Shown one piece after another: positions 1-12,979 of a DNA stretch of 64,000 nt. How positions within the stretch are numbered: position 1 is the stretch's first letter; each line of letters opens with the position of its first letter. The notes beneath the pieces are model-generated. The model was not told the DNA's origin. It saw nothing but the letters and a program-made list of their open reading frames with translations, and did not search any database. The DNA is from an uncultured Phycisphaerales bacterium. Lineage in GTDB: Bacteria; Planctomycetota; Phycisphaerae; Tepidisphaerales; Tepidisphaeraceae. The DNA is taken from assembly GCA_963755915.1 (NCBI GenBank), contig CAVWLP010000002.1:224001-288000 (forward strand), read 5' to 3'. A program made the translations under genes and the position numbers.

Positions 1-1551
<1,551 letters not shown>

Positions 1552-1555
<4 letters not shown>

Positions 1556-2574
1556 ATCTCAGCACAACATACCTCGGCCTCGAACTCGCAAACCCCCTGA
1601 TCCCCGGCGCCTCCCCGCTGGCCGATCATCTCGACACCGCCCGCCGCCTCGAAGACGCCGGCGCTGCCGCCATCGTCATGCGCTCCCTCTTCGAAGAGCA
1701 GATCGAAGGCGAGCACTACCAGACCATCGAGCATTTCGACATGTACGCCGACCTCTTCCCCGAAGCCAGCAGCTTCTTCCCCGGCGCCAGCCAGTTCGCC
1801 TTCAACCCCGATGGCTATCTCGATCACGTCCGCCGCCTCAAATCGGCGCTCGGCATCCCCGTAATCGCGTCGCTCAACGGCCTCAGCCCCTCCGGCTGGC
1901 TACGCTACGCCCGTCTCATCGAGCAGGCCGGCGCGGACGCACTGGAGCTCAACGTCTATCACATCGCCACCCAGGCCTCCGAAACCGCCGAGACCATCGA
2001 ACACCGCGTCCGCGAAACCGCCCGCGAAGTGCGCGAAGCCGTCAAGCTCCCGCTGGCAGTAAAGCTTTCCCCCTTCTTTACCTCGATCCCCCACCTCGCC
2101 CGCGAGCTGCGCACCGTCGGCGTCGATGGGCTCGTCCTCTTCAACCGGTTCTATCAACCCGATTTCGATCTCGAATCTCTCAGCGTCGTCCCCCAACTCC
2201 ATCTCTCCGATTCATCCGAGCTTCTCCTCCGCGTGCGCTGGCTCGCCATCCTCTCCGGCCGTTGCAGCGCCTCGCTCGCCGCCAGCGGCGGGGTCCACAC
2301 CGCCGCCGACGCCATCAAGGCGATCCTCGCCGGCGCTCACGCCGTCCAGATCGTCTCGGCGCTACTCAAGCACGGGCCCAATTATCTCTCGGTCATCCTC
2401 CAGGACCTGCAAACCTGGATGGAAGACCAGAAGTATGACTCGGTTCGCCAGATGCAGGGAGCACTCAGTCTCGCCCGCTGCCCCGACCCCGTCGCCTTTG
2501 AGCGCGGCAACTACATGCGCGTCCTCAACAGTTGGCAAACCTCCGAAACGAAAGGACGTTTTGAAAAACTATGA
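1552..2574 (+). CDS. dihydroorotate dehydrogenase-like flavoprotein (PFOR-associated)
   Basis: MNLSTTYLGLELANP start, ASLNG, ALELN, AVKLSP, FNRFYQPD, ASGGVH; overlaps the PFOR stop (ATGA). Confidence 0.9.
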
Positions 2575-3415
2575 AACTCCCCATCAAAAATAATCGCGCG
2601 TCCTGGCTCGAAGGTGCAACCGCCAAGTGCTCCGTCCCCCCGCCCCTGCTCGACCGCCCCTGGCGGCTCGTGCTCCTCGGCGCCCCGGCACCGGCAAAGG
2701 CACCCAGGCCGAATTCCTCTGCGAAAAGCTTGGCGGATGCCATCTATCCACCGGCGACATCTTCCGCGCCGCCGGCACGTGCGGTCATGCGCCCAGCCCC
2801 GCCATGACCGAATCGCTGCGCCAGATGCGCGCCGGCGAGTTGGTGGGCGACGCCACGGTGTGGAAAATCATCCGCGAACGCGCCGGCTGCATGCGCTGCC
2901 ACGGCGGGTTCGTCCTCGACGGTTTTCCCCGCACCATTGCCCAGGCTCTCGCCTTCCAGCAATTAATTACCGAGGAGGAGGGCCTGTGCCTCGACGCGGT
3001 GCTGAATTACGAGCTGCCGCGCGAAGAGATCATTTCCCGCCTCGCCGGCAGGCGCACCTGCCGCGAATGCAAGGCTGTTTTCCATGTTGCGCATTGCCCC
3101 CCGCGCTCCCACGGAGTGTGCGACCGGTGCGGGGGGCAACTTTTTCAACGCGACGACGACCGCCCCGAAGCCATCGCCGTCCGCCTCGACGCCTACGACC
3201 GCACGACAGCCACGCTGCTCGCCTTCTATAACGATCTCAGATTGCTGGTCCCCATCAGCGCCGCGGGTTCGCCGGCAGAGGTCTTCGCCCGCACGGTCAC
3301 CGCCCTGGAAGCCGCGATCACCGACGGCCTGCTCCGGTCGCGCGACCCGCATGACGCGATTGTGGGCCTGACCGCGCGGCGGAGCGATGCCCGCTCCAAA
3401 CCTGAACTCTTATAG
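2571..3415 (+). CDS. adk: adenylate kinase (frameshift near 2688)
   Basis: RLVLLGAP in one frame joins GTGKGTQA...HLSTGDIFR, GFVLDGFPRT and a CxxC/CxxC zinc lid in the next frame. Confidence 0.88.
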
Positions 3416-3426
3416 AGGAGACAGCC

Positions 3427-3657
3427 ATGATCGTTGTCTACAGAAGCGTCCACTGCCCGCTGTGCAAGGAACATCACGACCTGTGGATGCAGGAACCCGG
3501 CACCGTCCTGACCTTCAAGCCGCACGAATTTTTGTGCCCCGTCACCCATCACCGAACGGCCTGGCACCCGGATGTCTTTGCCCACGTCACGTCCAAACAG
3601 CCGGATCGGGGCGTGGAACTTGTGCCGGTCCACTTCGCCCAATCTGCGGGGATATAA
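3427..3657 (+). CDS. small Cys/His-rich protein, paralog of 20045-20284
   Basis: AGAGGAG RBS just upstream; CPLC-x2-HHDLW...HEFLCP motif shared with the second copy. Confidence 0.75.
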   Translation: MIVVYRSVHCPLCKEHHDLWMQEPGTVLTFKPHEFLCPVTHHRTAWHPDVFAHVTSKQPDRGVELVPVHFAQSAGI

Positions 3658-3961
3658 ATTTTTTGCGCTGCGGAGAGTGAATTTTGGTTTTGGGAATTGC
3701 ATTACAAAACTGGACAGTCCGCAACAAGCTGGGCGGTTTGGGTAAAATGGGTATGGCAAAAATCGGCTTTTGATCGTATTTTAACCATATAAGAAGATTA
3801 ATATTGTCGCCATTTCACTTCGCGCGATTACGATTTACGCGCAATAGATTCGCCAGTACTCGCTGCCCAGTCTTCGGACCAATTTCCGTCGGGATCGGGG
3901 GCGGCATATGCGGCCGGCACCGCGCGATCCAGCGCCGCGTACGGCGGGTGGCATGAAGCGT

Positions 3962-4420
3962 TCACGTCGCCTTTGGCCGCCGCCGACTCAAAAAATCGAG
4001 CGAGATTTTGTTATGTTCCAAGTGTTGCAGAAGTTGGAAGAAAATAAGCGAGTAAAGTAGCTGAATTCCAACGATATCAAAATTTTCGATCAGCGTACTG
4101 CCGAAGATCAGGAAAACCATCCAAAGGCCGCCGATCGCCAGACCGGCCCAGGTTGCGAACCCGAAAAACACAAGTAGTCCGATGACGGTTTCCGCCGGCG
4201 GCACGATTCGAGCAAACGCGCCTACGGCAAACGCAGGCAGGGGCGAGTGGGCGAATAGCTTTACCGTAGTGTCGACGAACGCCGAGTATTTGGACAGCCG
4301 AACGAGTCCGTGAATCAACATGCTCATGCCCATCGCCAGGCGGAGTGTTGTATAGCCGAGTACGCGCGCCGACGCGTTTATTTTGGCTGGCTCAAAGTAT
4401 TCGCGAAGCATATACCTCAT
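3962..4420 (-). CDS. DoxX family membrane protein
   Basis: LRLAMGMSMLIHG, E-x2-IG-x-L-x3-G pattern, four hydrophobic segments. Confidence 0.8.
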   Translation of the reverse strand: MRYMLREYFEPAKINASARVLGYTTLRLAMGMSMLIHGLVRLSKYSAFVDTTVKLFAHSPLPAFAVGAFARIVPPAETVIGLLVFFGFATWAGLAIGGLWMVFLIFGSTLIENFDIVGIQLLYSLIFFQLLQHLEHNKISLDFLSRRRPKAT

Positions 4421-4569
4421 TCTACATCGCGTTTCGTTCCGGTGTCCCGGCGCCTGAGGGGCGCAGCTTTGCCGCCAGCCGCGGCGCGGCGCACCGGCCC
4501 GCGGAAGGTTATGAAGCAGCTTCTCAACAGAATTCCCCTGGTCCAGAGCCAGGTCTGATTTGGCACTTT

Positions 4570-5334
4570 CTAATCCTCCGCCATCTGTGCCGCACCATCA
4601 TGCGGACGCCGCGAAAGGCGGGTCGTGAACCGGATGAGATCACCGCGGTAGTAAAGCCTTTCGTAGTCGATCGGTTGATTCCCCTCGCCATACGAGGTGC
4701 GTTCTATCACCAACATTGGACTGCCCGGCTCGACTCCCAGCGCATCCGCCACGCCGGATTCTGCACCCAAGGCTTCCAGGCGATACTCGGCGTCGACCAG
4801 CGGGACCCCGTATTTTTGCTCCAGCAGCGAGAAGATCGGCTCCGATTCAAGGTTGTCGGCCATGATTTTTCGCCCGACCTCTAACGGCAAAAATGTATCG
4901 TCAAATGAGACGGGGACGCCGTCCGCCAATCGTACCCGCTGAATTCTCACCACGTCCGTGTTCGGCCGGAGCGCCAGATGATGAGCCGCCGCCTCGGTCG
5001 CCTTGACGATTTCCTTGTTTATGACGCGGGCGGTCGCATGGCGACCCTGCATCTCCATGTCCTCGACGAAGCCGCTGAGCGACAAGAGGGGTTGCGTCAT
5101 CTTGGGAAGGGTGACGAAAGTACCCCTTCCCCTCCGGATCTCAACAAATCCCCGATTGGCCAAATTTTGAATCGCCTGGCGTATCGTCGGGCGACTGACG
5201 CCGAACTGCTGGATGAGGTCGTTCTCGGTCGGCAATTGGTCCCCCGGCTTGCGCATGCCGCTGTGGATGTCAGAGGCCAGGGACTCTTCAACCCGAGAGT
5301 AAAGCGGGCGGGCATCAGAAAAAATCTTCGGCAT
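4570..5334 (-). CDS. GntR/HutC family transcriptional regulator (UTRA domain)
   Basis: LPTENDL..FGVSRPTIRQAI..L...G..RRGRGTFV HTH; UTRA-type C-terminus (IERTSY..YYRGD). Start taken at MPKI. Confidence 0.92.
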   Translation of the reverse strand: MPKIFSDARPLYSRVEESLASDIHSGMRKPGDQLPTENDLIQQFGVSRPTIRQAIQNLANRGFVEIRRGRGTFVTLPKMTQPLLSLSGFVEDMEMQGRHATARVINKEIVKATEAAAHHLALRPNTDVVRIQRVRLADGVPVSFDDTFLPLEVGRKIMADNLESEPIFSLLEQKYGVPLVDAEYRLEALGAESGVADALGVEPGSPMLVIERTSYGEGNQPIDYERLYYRGDLIRFTTRLSRRPHDGAAQMAED

Positions 5335-5336
5335 AT

Positions 5337-5370
5337 TTGACATCATGACGTCATGACGTAATGATGTCAA
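5337..5370. promoter_or_regulatory. 34-bp near-perfect palindrome: overlapping divergent promoters and probable GntR operator
   Basis: TTGACATCATGACGTCATGACGTAATGATGTCAA has TTGACA at each end, 17 bp from a -10-like hexamer (AATGAT on +, CATGAT on -). Confidence 0.7.
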
Positions 5371-5508
5371 GTGTGAACTGCGATTAAATAGCACCTAAAA
5401 AGCCCTGGCGCAGATTGCAAAAGCTTACCGGCCGATTCGCTGGTTAAGTGTTGCAGGCGAACAGAGCAGACATTCAGAACGTCGGAGTTCCGGCAGAAAG
5501 GCAGGCAT

Positions 5509-6042
5509 ATGCTGAAGCAGTGGATCGAAATCTCCGGACGTCCCTGGACCTTGTTGCCACTCAGGCTGGCAATTGGATACGGGTTTCTGGCGCATGGTTT
5601 GGCAAAATGGAACCGAGGACCCGCCCATTTCGCAAAACTGCTGCAGCAAATCGGCACGCCGTTTCCGACCGCAACCGCCTGGATGGTCACCTTTCTCGAA
5701 ATATTCGGCGGACTGGCGATTCTCGCCGGCATTCTCGTTGCAATTGTCAGTCTCCCCCTGATTTGCTCCATGCTTGTCGCCATGTTCACGGTCCAGATCC
5801 GTTACGGATTTAGTTCTGTTAACACGATCGGACTGACTCCGACCGGCCCGCTATTTGGCCCGCCGGGGTATGAGATCAATCTGCTTTACATTGCGGGCTT
5901 GCTGGCGCTTATCCTTGCGGGGCCAAGTGCGTTATCAGTCGACCGCTGGCTCGCGCGGCAAAAGGGCATTCGAAAGATTGAGAATACAGCAACTATCGCC
6001 GTTTCCGGTAAGCCCGCGCAAAGGACGACCCAGACGGGATAA
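5509..6042 (+). CDS. DoxX family membrane protein
   Basis: LRLAIGYGFLAHGLAK, EIFGGLAILAG, GYEINLLY, GPSALSVD. Confidence 0.88.
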   Translation: MLKQWIEISGRPWTLLPLRLAIGYGFLAHGLAKWNRGPAHFAKLLQQIGTPFPTATAWMVTFLEIFGGLAILAGILVAIVSLPLICSMLVAMFTVQIRYGFSSVNTIGLTPTGPLFGPPGYEINLLYIAGLLALILAGPSALSVDRWLARQKGIRKIENTATIAVSGKPAQRTTQTG

Positions 6043-6195
6043 ACTCGATTTCAACGCGGAAAAGCTCAACTGTTGTTTTGTCACTCCAGGGGACTGAAGG
6101 GGCATTATCGCCGGGAATGCAATTCCGGAAATCCAGCGGCGGCGCTGCCACCCTGGTAAGCCGAAAATCGCAAGATTCGCCCCGCCACCTCTTAT

Positions 6196-6229
6196 CCCAT
6201 CCCCTGGTACGCCGGGGGAGGGTGAGGGT
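6196..6229. repeat. degenerate copy of CCCTCTCCC-GGTAC-GGGAGAGGG REP-like element
   Basis: cccatcccctggtacgccgggggagggtgagggt resembles the 27008-27048 copy. Confidence 0.55.
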
Positions 6230-6317
6230 TGATTCCTCGAATGAAGAAAAAAGGGGAGCGCGCGGTGAGGATATATTGCCAGAGTCGGACAGCCTGGAAA
6301 GCTCAGGTTGAAACCCC

Positions 6318-7352
6318 TAGAGCATTTTCATTTATCATGTAGCGTATACCCTGTGTGCCTGAAGAAACCTTCGCAGTCGGAGGCGGTGACCGCGGCCAGT
6401 GCTTCCTCCACCGCTTGGCCCAATGTCTCCACCGTCCGGGCCGCCAGTGAACGAAGCTTCTGCTTCACCTTGGACCACATCGGTTCGATGGGGCTGAAGT
6501 CGGGACTGTACGGCGGCAGATACAGCAGACGGGCCCCCGTGGCCTCGATCGCCTGGCGAATCCCGCTGACTTTGTGGGATTGCAGATTATCCATGATCAC
6601 CACCTGCCCGGGCCGCAGCGTGAGGACCAGGGCGTCCTGGACAAAGTTGCGGAAGATCTCGCCATCGCAAGGAGCGTCGACGGTCACGGCGGTTTGAACG
6701 CCGCGAAGCGTCATGGCCGCGATGATGGTCAGCACCTTCCAATGCCCATGCGGCACGGCGCTGACCAGACGATCGGACCTGAGGCATCGTCCACGCGTCC
6801 GCATCATGTTGGTCACGGCGCAGCTTTCATCGATCACCACAAGGTTTTTCAGCGGTATGTCCTTCAACTGCTCGAACCAGACTGCCCGCTGCGCCTGGAC
6901 GTCGGGCCGCTCCTGTTCGGCGGCGTGGACCGACTTTTTTTAAAAGAGAACTTCTGCTTCCGCAGCGCCATCCACAACGCGCCGATGCTGATGCCGATTC
7001 CCAATTCCGTTTTGAGCCGGTGTCTCAGTTCCTCCAACGTCGCATCGGGCTGACGACGCACCTTCTCCAGCAGCCAATCACGAGCGGCCTGATCCAGCTT
7101 GGGTTTGGCGCCCGGAATGGGCCGCGGCTCGATGCTGCCGTCTTCCCGGCGACGTTGTTTTAAACGTCGCACCCATGCCGGCGACACTTCGAATTGCTCC
7201 GCGACTTTTTTGGTGGGCTGGCCCCCATCGCACGCGGCCAGAACTCGCTTACGAAGATCCAAAGAATACGCTTCCATGCCGACGATCTCCTGTCGGCATT
7301 TAACTTATCGCATCCTTGCCGCTGGCGCTAGAGGCTACGTGAAAATGCTCTA
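6318..7352 (-). mobile_element. IS630 family insertion sequence
   Basis: Perfect inverted ends TAGAGCATTTTCA (6318-6330) / TGAAAATGCTCTA (7340-7352), including the TA target duplication; two-part transposase inside. Confidence 0.95.
6328..7277 (-). CDS. IS630 transposase, OrfA (HTH, 6864-7277) + OrfB (DDE, 6328-6867), joined at an A-run slippery site near 6935-6945
   Basis: AYSLDLRKRV start; IDES, MDNLQSH, LPPYSPDFSPIE catalytic motifs; TTTTAAAAAAAG on the minus strand where the frames switch. Confidence 0.92.
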
Positions 7353-7367
7353 AGTCGCGAGCTGCAA

Positions 7368-7423
7368 GTAGAAGCGGCGTCCCGCCGCTCGCGCGAATGC
7401 AAGCGGCGGGACGCCGCTTCTAC
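7368..7423. repeat. GTAG-type REP doublet (22-bp perfect inverted repeat)
   Basis: GTAGAAGCGGCGTCCCGCCGCT ... AGCGGCGGGACGCCGCTTCTAC. Confidence 0.75.
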
Positions 7424-7585
7424 TATGACATCAAATAACCACGATAGAATACAAAAGGCGTCAAAACGCGAAAGTACATACCCCATCTTCCCTATTTTAC
7501 CCAGCTTGTTGCGGACTGTTACCTTTTGTACCCGATGCCCCGGCGCAGAAAAAAATCATCCGAGCGCATCAACTTCACGCGCTGC

Positions 7586-10307
7586 CTAAAACCCAATCTC
7601 CGCACTGACGCCATTGTCTGTGAGACTCCGCGTCAATTTAAAACCCGCCTTCTCACAGACGTGCTGCATTTCCAGATTTTCGCCCATGATGATCGCCGAC
7701 ACCCGGCCGATCCTCTCCGCGCGTGCGGCCTGGAGGAGCAGGTCGATGAGCTTTGTGCCCAGTCCGCGCTTCTGCCAGGGGTCGCTGATCACCATTGCGA
7801 ATTCGGCGTCGTCGCCCTCGGGTAGTTTGCTGAGGCGGCCGATGCCCATGATGAATCGCTCGCCTTCTTTGGTGCGACCCTCGGCGACGAGGGCCAGTTC
7901 GCGATCGTAATCGTTGAAGCAGACGCGGATCAGCCGCTCGTGGGAGACGCGCTGGCTGAGGTTGATCGGATGGAAATAGCGAAGCATCACGCTGCGGTCG
8001 GACAATTCCTTGTGAAACTTCACCAGCAGCGGCTCATCTTCGGGACGGATGGGGCGGATGGTCACCGGCGTCTTGTCGTCCATCGTCCACTGCGTCACGT
8101 ACTGCGTGGGATAGGGCCGGATCACCGGCCCGGGCAGATCGGCCGCGGTTTTTTCGGAGCCCCACAAAACCGTGCGCACGTCGACGGCAATGATGCGATC
8201 CGACGTCGCGATCAGCGGATTGATCTCCACTTCCTTCACCCACGGCTGCTCGATGACAAGCTGGCTGAAGCGAACCATGATGCGGCAAAGCTGGCCGATA
8301 TCCACCGGCTTGCGCCGCGCACGCCCTGGAGGGCCTTGAAGATTTTCGTCTGCTCCATCATCCGCCTGGCCAGCGTCGCGTTGAGCGGCGGCAGGCCCAG
8401 GGCGCGGTCCTTCAAAACTTCCACGAGCTGGCCACCCAGCCCAAAGAGCAGCACGGGACCGAACTGCGAGTCGGGGCTGCTGCCGACGATCAGTTCATAA
8501 CCATTTTTCCCATCGATCATCGGCTGAACTGTCACGCCCTGGAAATGCTCGGCCCCGGCCTTCTTTGTCACCGATTGTCGAATCTCTTCAAATGCGCGTG
8601 AGACTTCGGCCGCGTCCATCAACTGGAGCTTGACGCCGCCCACGTCGGTTTTGTGCGTAATCGTGTGCGAAAAAAGTTTCAGCGCGACGGGGAAACCCAT
8701 CTTTTCCGCAGCCCGCGCGGCATCGGCCGGCGCCTTGGCAACCACGGTTTCGACAACGGGAATCCCATACGCGGCCAGCAGCCGCTTGGATTGGAACTCA
8801 TCGAGGAGCGTTTTTCCGGCGGATTTAGCGGCGGAAATGATTTCGGCTGCCGCGGCACGATTGATGCTCTCACCCTCGTCGTCCCCCAGGGCAGGCGTTT
8901 CGTACAACCCGCGGAGGTTGTAGGTGTACTTCCACATATATTGAAACGCCTTGGCCGCGCCGTCGGGAAAATGAAACGTGGGGATACCCGCGCGGCTGAG
9001 AATGGCGCGGCCGGCAGCCACCTCGGCCCCGCCCATCCAGCTTGCCAACAGCGGCTTGCCTTCGAGCTTGGCGAGAGCCTTCACGGCCTCGGCAGTCTGG
9101 GTCGGGTCGGTCATGTCCTGCGGGGTGAGCACCGCGAGGACGCCGTCATTGCCGCAATCCTCCGCCACCGACTTGATCGCCTTCGCATAGCGCTCGGGGC
9201 TGGCGTCGCCGAGCACGTCGATCGGATTATTATGGCTCCACTGGGGCGGGAGAAATTCATCCAGTGATTTCTTGAGCTCCGGCGACAAGGCGGCCAATTC
9301 CCCGCCGGATGCGAGCAGGGCATCGGTCGCGAGGACGCCGGGCCCGCCGGCGTTGGTGACGATCGCCAGCCGCGGGCCCGCGGGCCGGGGCTGTTTCGCC
9401 AGGACATCGGCCATGGAAAACAAATCGGAGATGCTGTCGACGCGTAATACGCCGCTGCGGCGGAACGCAGCGTCGAGCACTTCGTCGCTGCCGGTTAACG
9501 ACCCCGTATGCGACGCCGCGGCCTTCGTGGCCGCTTCGGATCTGCCGGCCTTAATCACGATGATCGGCTTATTGAGCGACACCTCGCGCGCGGCGGAGAG
9601 AAACGACCGCGCATCGCCGACCGATTCCATGTAGATCAGGATGCTGCGCATGCGCGGATCGTCGCCGAAATAATCGATCAGGTCGCCCCAGGTGACATCG
9701 AGCATCGACCCCGTCGAAACATAGGCGCTGAACCCGACGGCTTCGTTGAGACTCCAGTCGAGGACGGCCGTCAGCAGCGCCCCGCTCTGGCTGATGAAGG
9801 CCACATTGCCGGGCTTGGCGATTCCCTTGGCGAATGTCGCGTTGAGGCCGGTCAGCGGATTCATCACGCCCAGGCAATTGGGGCCGATGATTCGCATCCC
9901 GCCGCGCCGCGCTGCTCGCCGACACGATGTTCGAGTTCCAATCCCTCCTTGCCGAGTTCACGAAAACCGGCGGAGATGACAATGGCGCCCTTTACTCCGG
10001 CGTCGGCGCATTGGCCGATGATTCCGGGCACCGCGCCGGCGGGCGTGACGACGACCGCGAGATCCACTTTCTCCGGCACGGACTTGATATCCGGATAGGC
10101 CTTTACGCCCAGCACGCTGGAGCGCTTCGGATTCACGGGAAAGACGGTTCCGCCGAAGGGGCTGGCCATCAGATTCCACATGACCGTGCGCCCGACGCTT
10201 CCGGCATTTTCGGTGGCCCCAATCAGGGCGATGGTTTTGGGGGCAAAAATGGGAGTGAGTGATCCCGGCTTAATTCCCCGAATTTCTTTTTTCATAGCGC
10301 CATCCAT
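7586..10307 (-). CDS. bifunctional acetate-CoA ligase (ADP-forming)/GNAT acetyltransferase, Pat/YfiQ-like (two frameshifts, near 9900 and 8310)
   Basis: CoA-binding [46 protein letters not shown]-grasp [17 protein letters not shown]-terminal GNAT ([16 protein letters not shown]). Confidence 0.92.
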
Positions 10308-10332
10308 TAAATCACCTTCAACTTTCTTCGCA

Positions 10333-10348
10333 TCGGGAAATTCACCTA
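10333..10348. promoter_or_regulatory. TAGG-N8-CC(G/T)A palindromic site, copy 1
   Basis: tcgggaaattcaccta (rc TAGGTGAATTTCCCGA) between the divergent ligase/GNAT and hppA genes. Confidence 0.55.
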
Positions 10349-10422
10349 TGAAAAGAACGGGGCTCGCTCTGATTTTTTAATTTGCCTGAAATCTCGATGC
10401 TACTTCCACGGAAAGGATCGTT

Positions 10423-12966
10423 ATGAAAACTCTATCGACCCCTACACTTCGCCGGCTATACCCGTTCATCGCGGCAATCGCACTTCTTGCCTTAGTGTTT
10501 CCTTCGGCAAGTTTCGCCAGCGAAGCCGATCTTCCCCCCATCCCCAATCTCAACAGCGCTAAATTCTTCGGATTTATCGGTGGTTGGAATCTCCTGGCCA
10601 TCGGTATGTTGATCTGCTTCGCAGGTTTGGCCTTCGGCCTGACCATATATCGCCGGCTCAAATCATTGCCCGTCCATTCGGCGATGGGCCGCGTTTCCGA
10701 GACGATTTATGCCACCTGCAAAACTTATCTCAAAACCCAGCTCAAATTTATCCTTTTGCTTGAGCTGTTTATTGGCGCCGTGCTGATCGTCTATTTCGGC
10801 TTCCTGACCACGGACGCCGCCGGACAGCACATGACTCCCGTTAAGGTGCTCACGATCCTGGCATTCAGTCTGATCGGCATCGCCGGCAGTGTTTCTGTGG
10901 CGTGGTTCGGCATGAGAATCAATACCTTCGCCAACAGCCGAACCGCCTATCAATCCCTGCGCGGTAAGCCATATCCACTCTATGCGATTCCTCTACAAGC
11001 CGGCATGAGTGTCGGGATGGTTCTCATCAGCGTCGAGCTGCTGATGATGCTGGTGATTCTCCTTTTCATTCCCGCCGCTTATGCCGGCCCTTGTTTTATC
11101 GGTTTTGCGGTTGGTGAATCGCTCGGCGCAGCCGCGCTGCGCGTTGCCGGCGGAATATTTACCAAGATCGCCGACATCGGCGCGGATCTCATGAAGATTG
11201 TGTTCAAGGTTCAGGAAGACGACGCCCGCAACCCCGGCGTCATCGCCGACTGCACCGGCGACAACGCCGGCGACTCCGTCGGCCCGACTGCCGACGGTTT
11301 CGAAACCTATGGCGTCACCGGCGTGGCGCTGATCACCTTCATCCTCCTGGCCGTCCGACCCGAGCTTCAGGTTTCGCTGCTGGTCTGGATCTTCGCGATG
11401 CGCCTAGTCATGGTGATCACCAGCGGCGTTTCCTACGCGATCAACGAATTTTTCACCCGCGCCAAATATCTCAACGCGACGGATATGGATTTTGAGCACC
11501 CCCTTACCAGCCTGGTTTATGTCACCAGCCTGGTAAGCGTTTTTACCACCTACCTGGGCTCCTTTGCCCTGATTCACAATCTGGGCGAGGGGCTCTGGTG
11601 GAAACTTTCGACCATTATCTCCTGCGGCACAATCGCCGGCGCTGATCCCGGAATTCACGAAGATCTTTACCAGCGTCAAGAGCCGCCATGTCCGCGAGAT
11701 CGTCACCGCCAGTCGCGAGGGCGGTGCATCCCTTAATATTCTCAGCGGGCTCACCGCCGGAAATTTCTCCGCCTACTGGATGGGCGGAATCGTCATTGGC
11801 GGCCTCATGGCTGCGGCCTATGCGTTTGCCAATCTCGGCGGATCCGCCGGCGTCGCCTCCCTCCTCAATCCCAGCGCCCAGGTCGCCGTTGCTGTATTTG
11901 CCTTCGGCCTCGTGGCCTTCGGATTTCTCGGCATGGGGCCCGTCACCATCGCCGTCGATTCCTACGGACCTGTCACCGACAATGCGCAAAGCGTTTATGA
12001 GCTCAGCCTCATCGAACAGATTCCAGGCATTGAGCGACAACTCAAAAACGAACTTGGCGTCAATGTGGATTTCGCGCGTTCCAAGCTGCTGCTGGAGCAA
12101 AACGATGGGGCGGGAAACACGTTCAAAGCCACGGCCAAACCAGTCCTGATCGGGACTGCGGTGGTCGGCGCCACGACCTTGATCTTCTCCATCATCATGA
12201 TGCTTACCAGGGGCCTCACCGACACGACGGCCATCGCCAAGCTCTCGGTGCTCCACGCCCCGTTCCTCCTTGGACTCATCGCCGGCGGCGCGGAAATCTA
12301 TTGGTTCACGGGCGCAAGCATGCAGGCCGTCGTCACCGGCGCTATCGCGCCGTTGAGTTCATCAAGCGCAATATTCACCTCGAAGGACAGCAGGCCGCTT
12401 CCGTCGCCGACAGCAAACGCGTGGTTGAGATCTGCACCCGATATGCCCAGGCCGGGATGCTCAACATTTTCTTCGTCGTCTTCTTCAGCGCCCTCGCCTA
12501 CGCCTGCGCCGAGCCCTTCTTCTTCATCGGTTTCCTGATCTCGATGGCGACTTTCGGGCTCTTCCAGGCGATCTTTATGGCCAACGCCGGAGGCGCATGG
12601 GATAACGCCAAGAAGGTCGTCGAAGTCGAGCTGCGCCAGAAGGGCACCGATCTCCACGCGGCCACGGTGGTTGGCGATACCGTCGGCGATCCTTTCAAGG
12701 ACACCTCCAGCGTCGCCCTGAACCCAATCATTAAGTTCACCACCCTTTTTGGTCTGCTCGCCGTTGAACTCGCGACGAGTTTGGATAAAAACCCCAACCT
12801 TCCGCTCCACCTTACGGCGTACCTTGCAATCGGATTCTTCATGCTCGCGCTGGTCTTCGTCTGGCGCTCTTTCTACGGCATGAGGATCCAGAAGGATTCC
12901 GCCGTCGAAGGCAGCGGGCCCACCGAGGTAACTGGCCATCCGCCGCTTGCGATGGCCGAGCACTAA
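10423..12966 (+). CDS. hppA: membrane-bound ion-translocating pyrophosphatase (two frameshifts, near 11640 and 12340)
   Basis: [73 protein letters not shown]. Confidence 0.95.
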
Positions 12967-12979
12967 CTACGCCGCTCCC

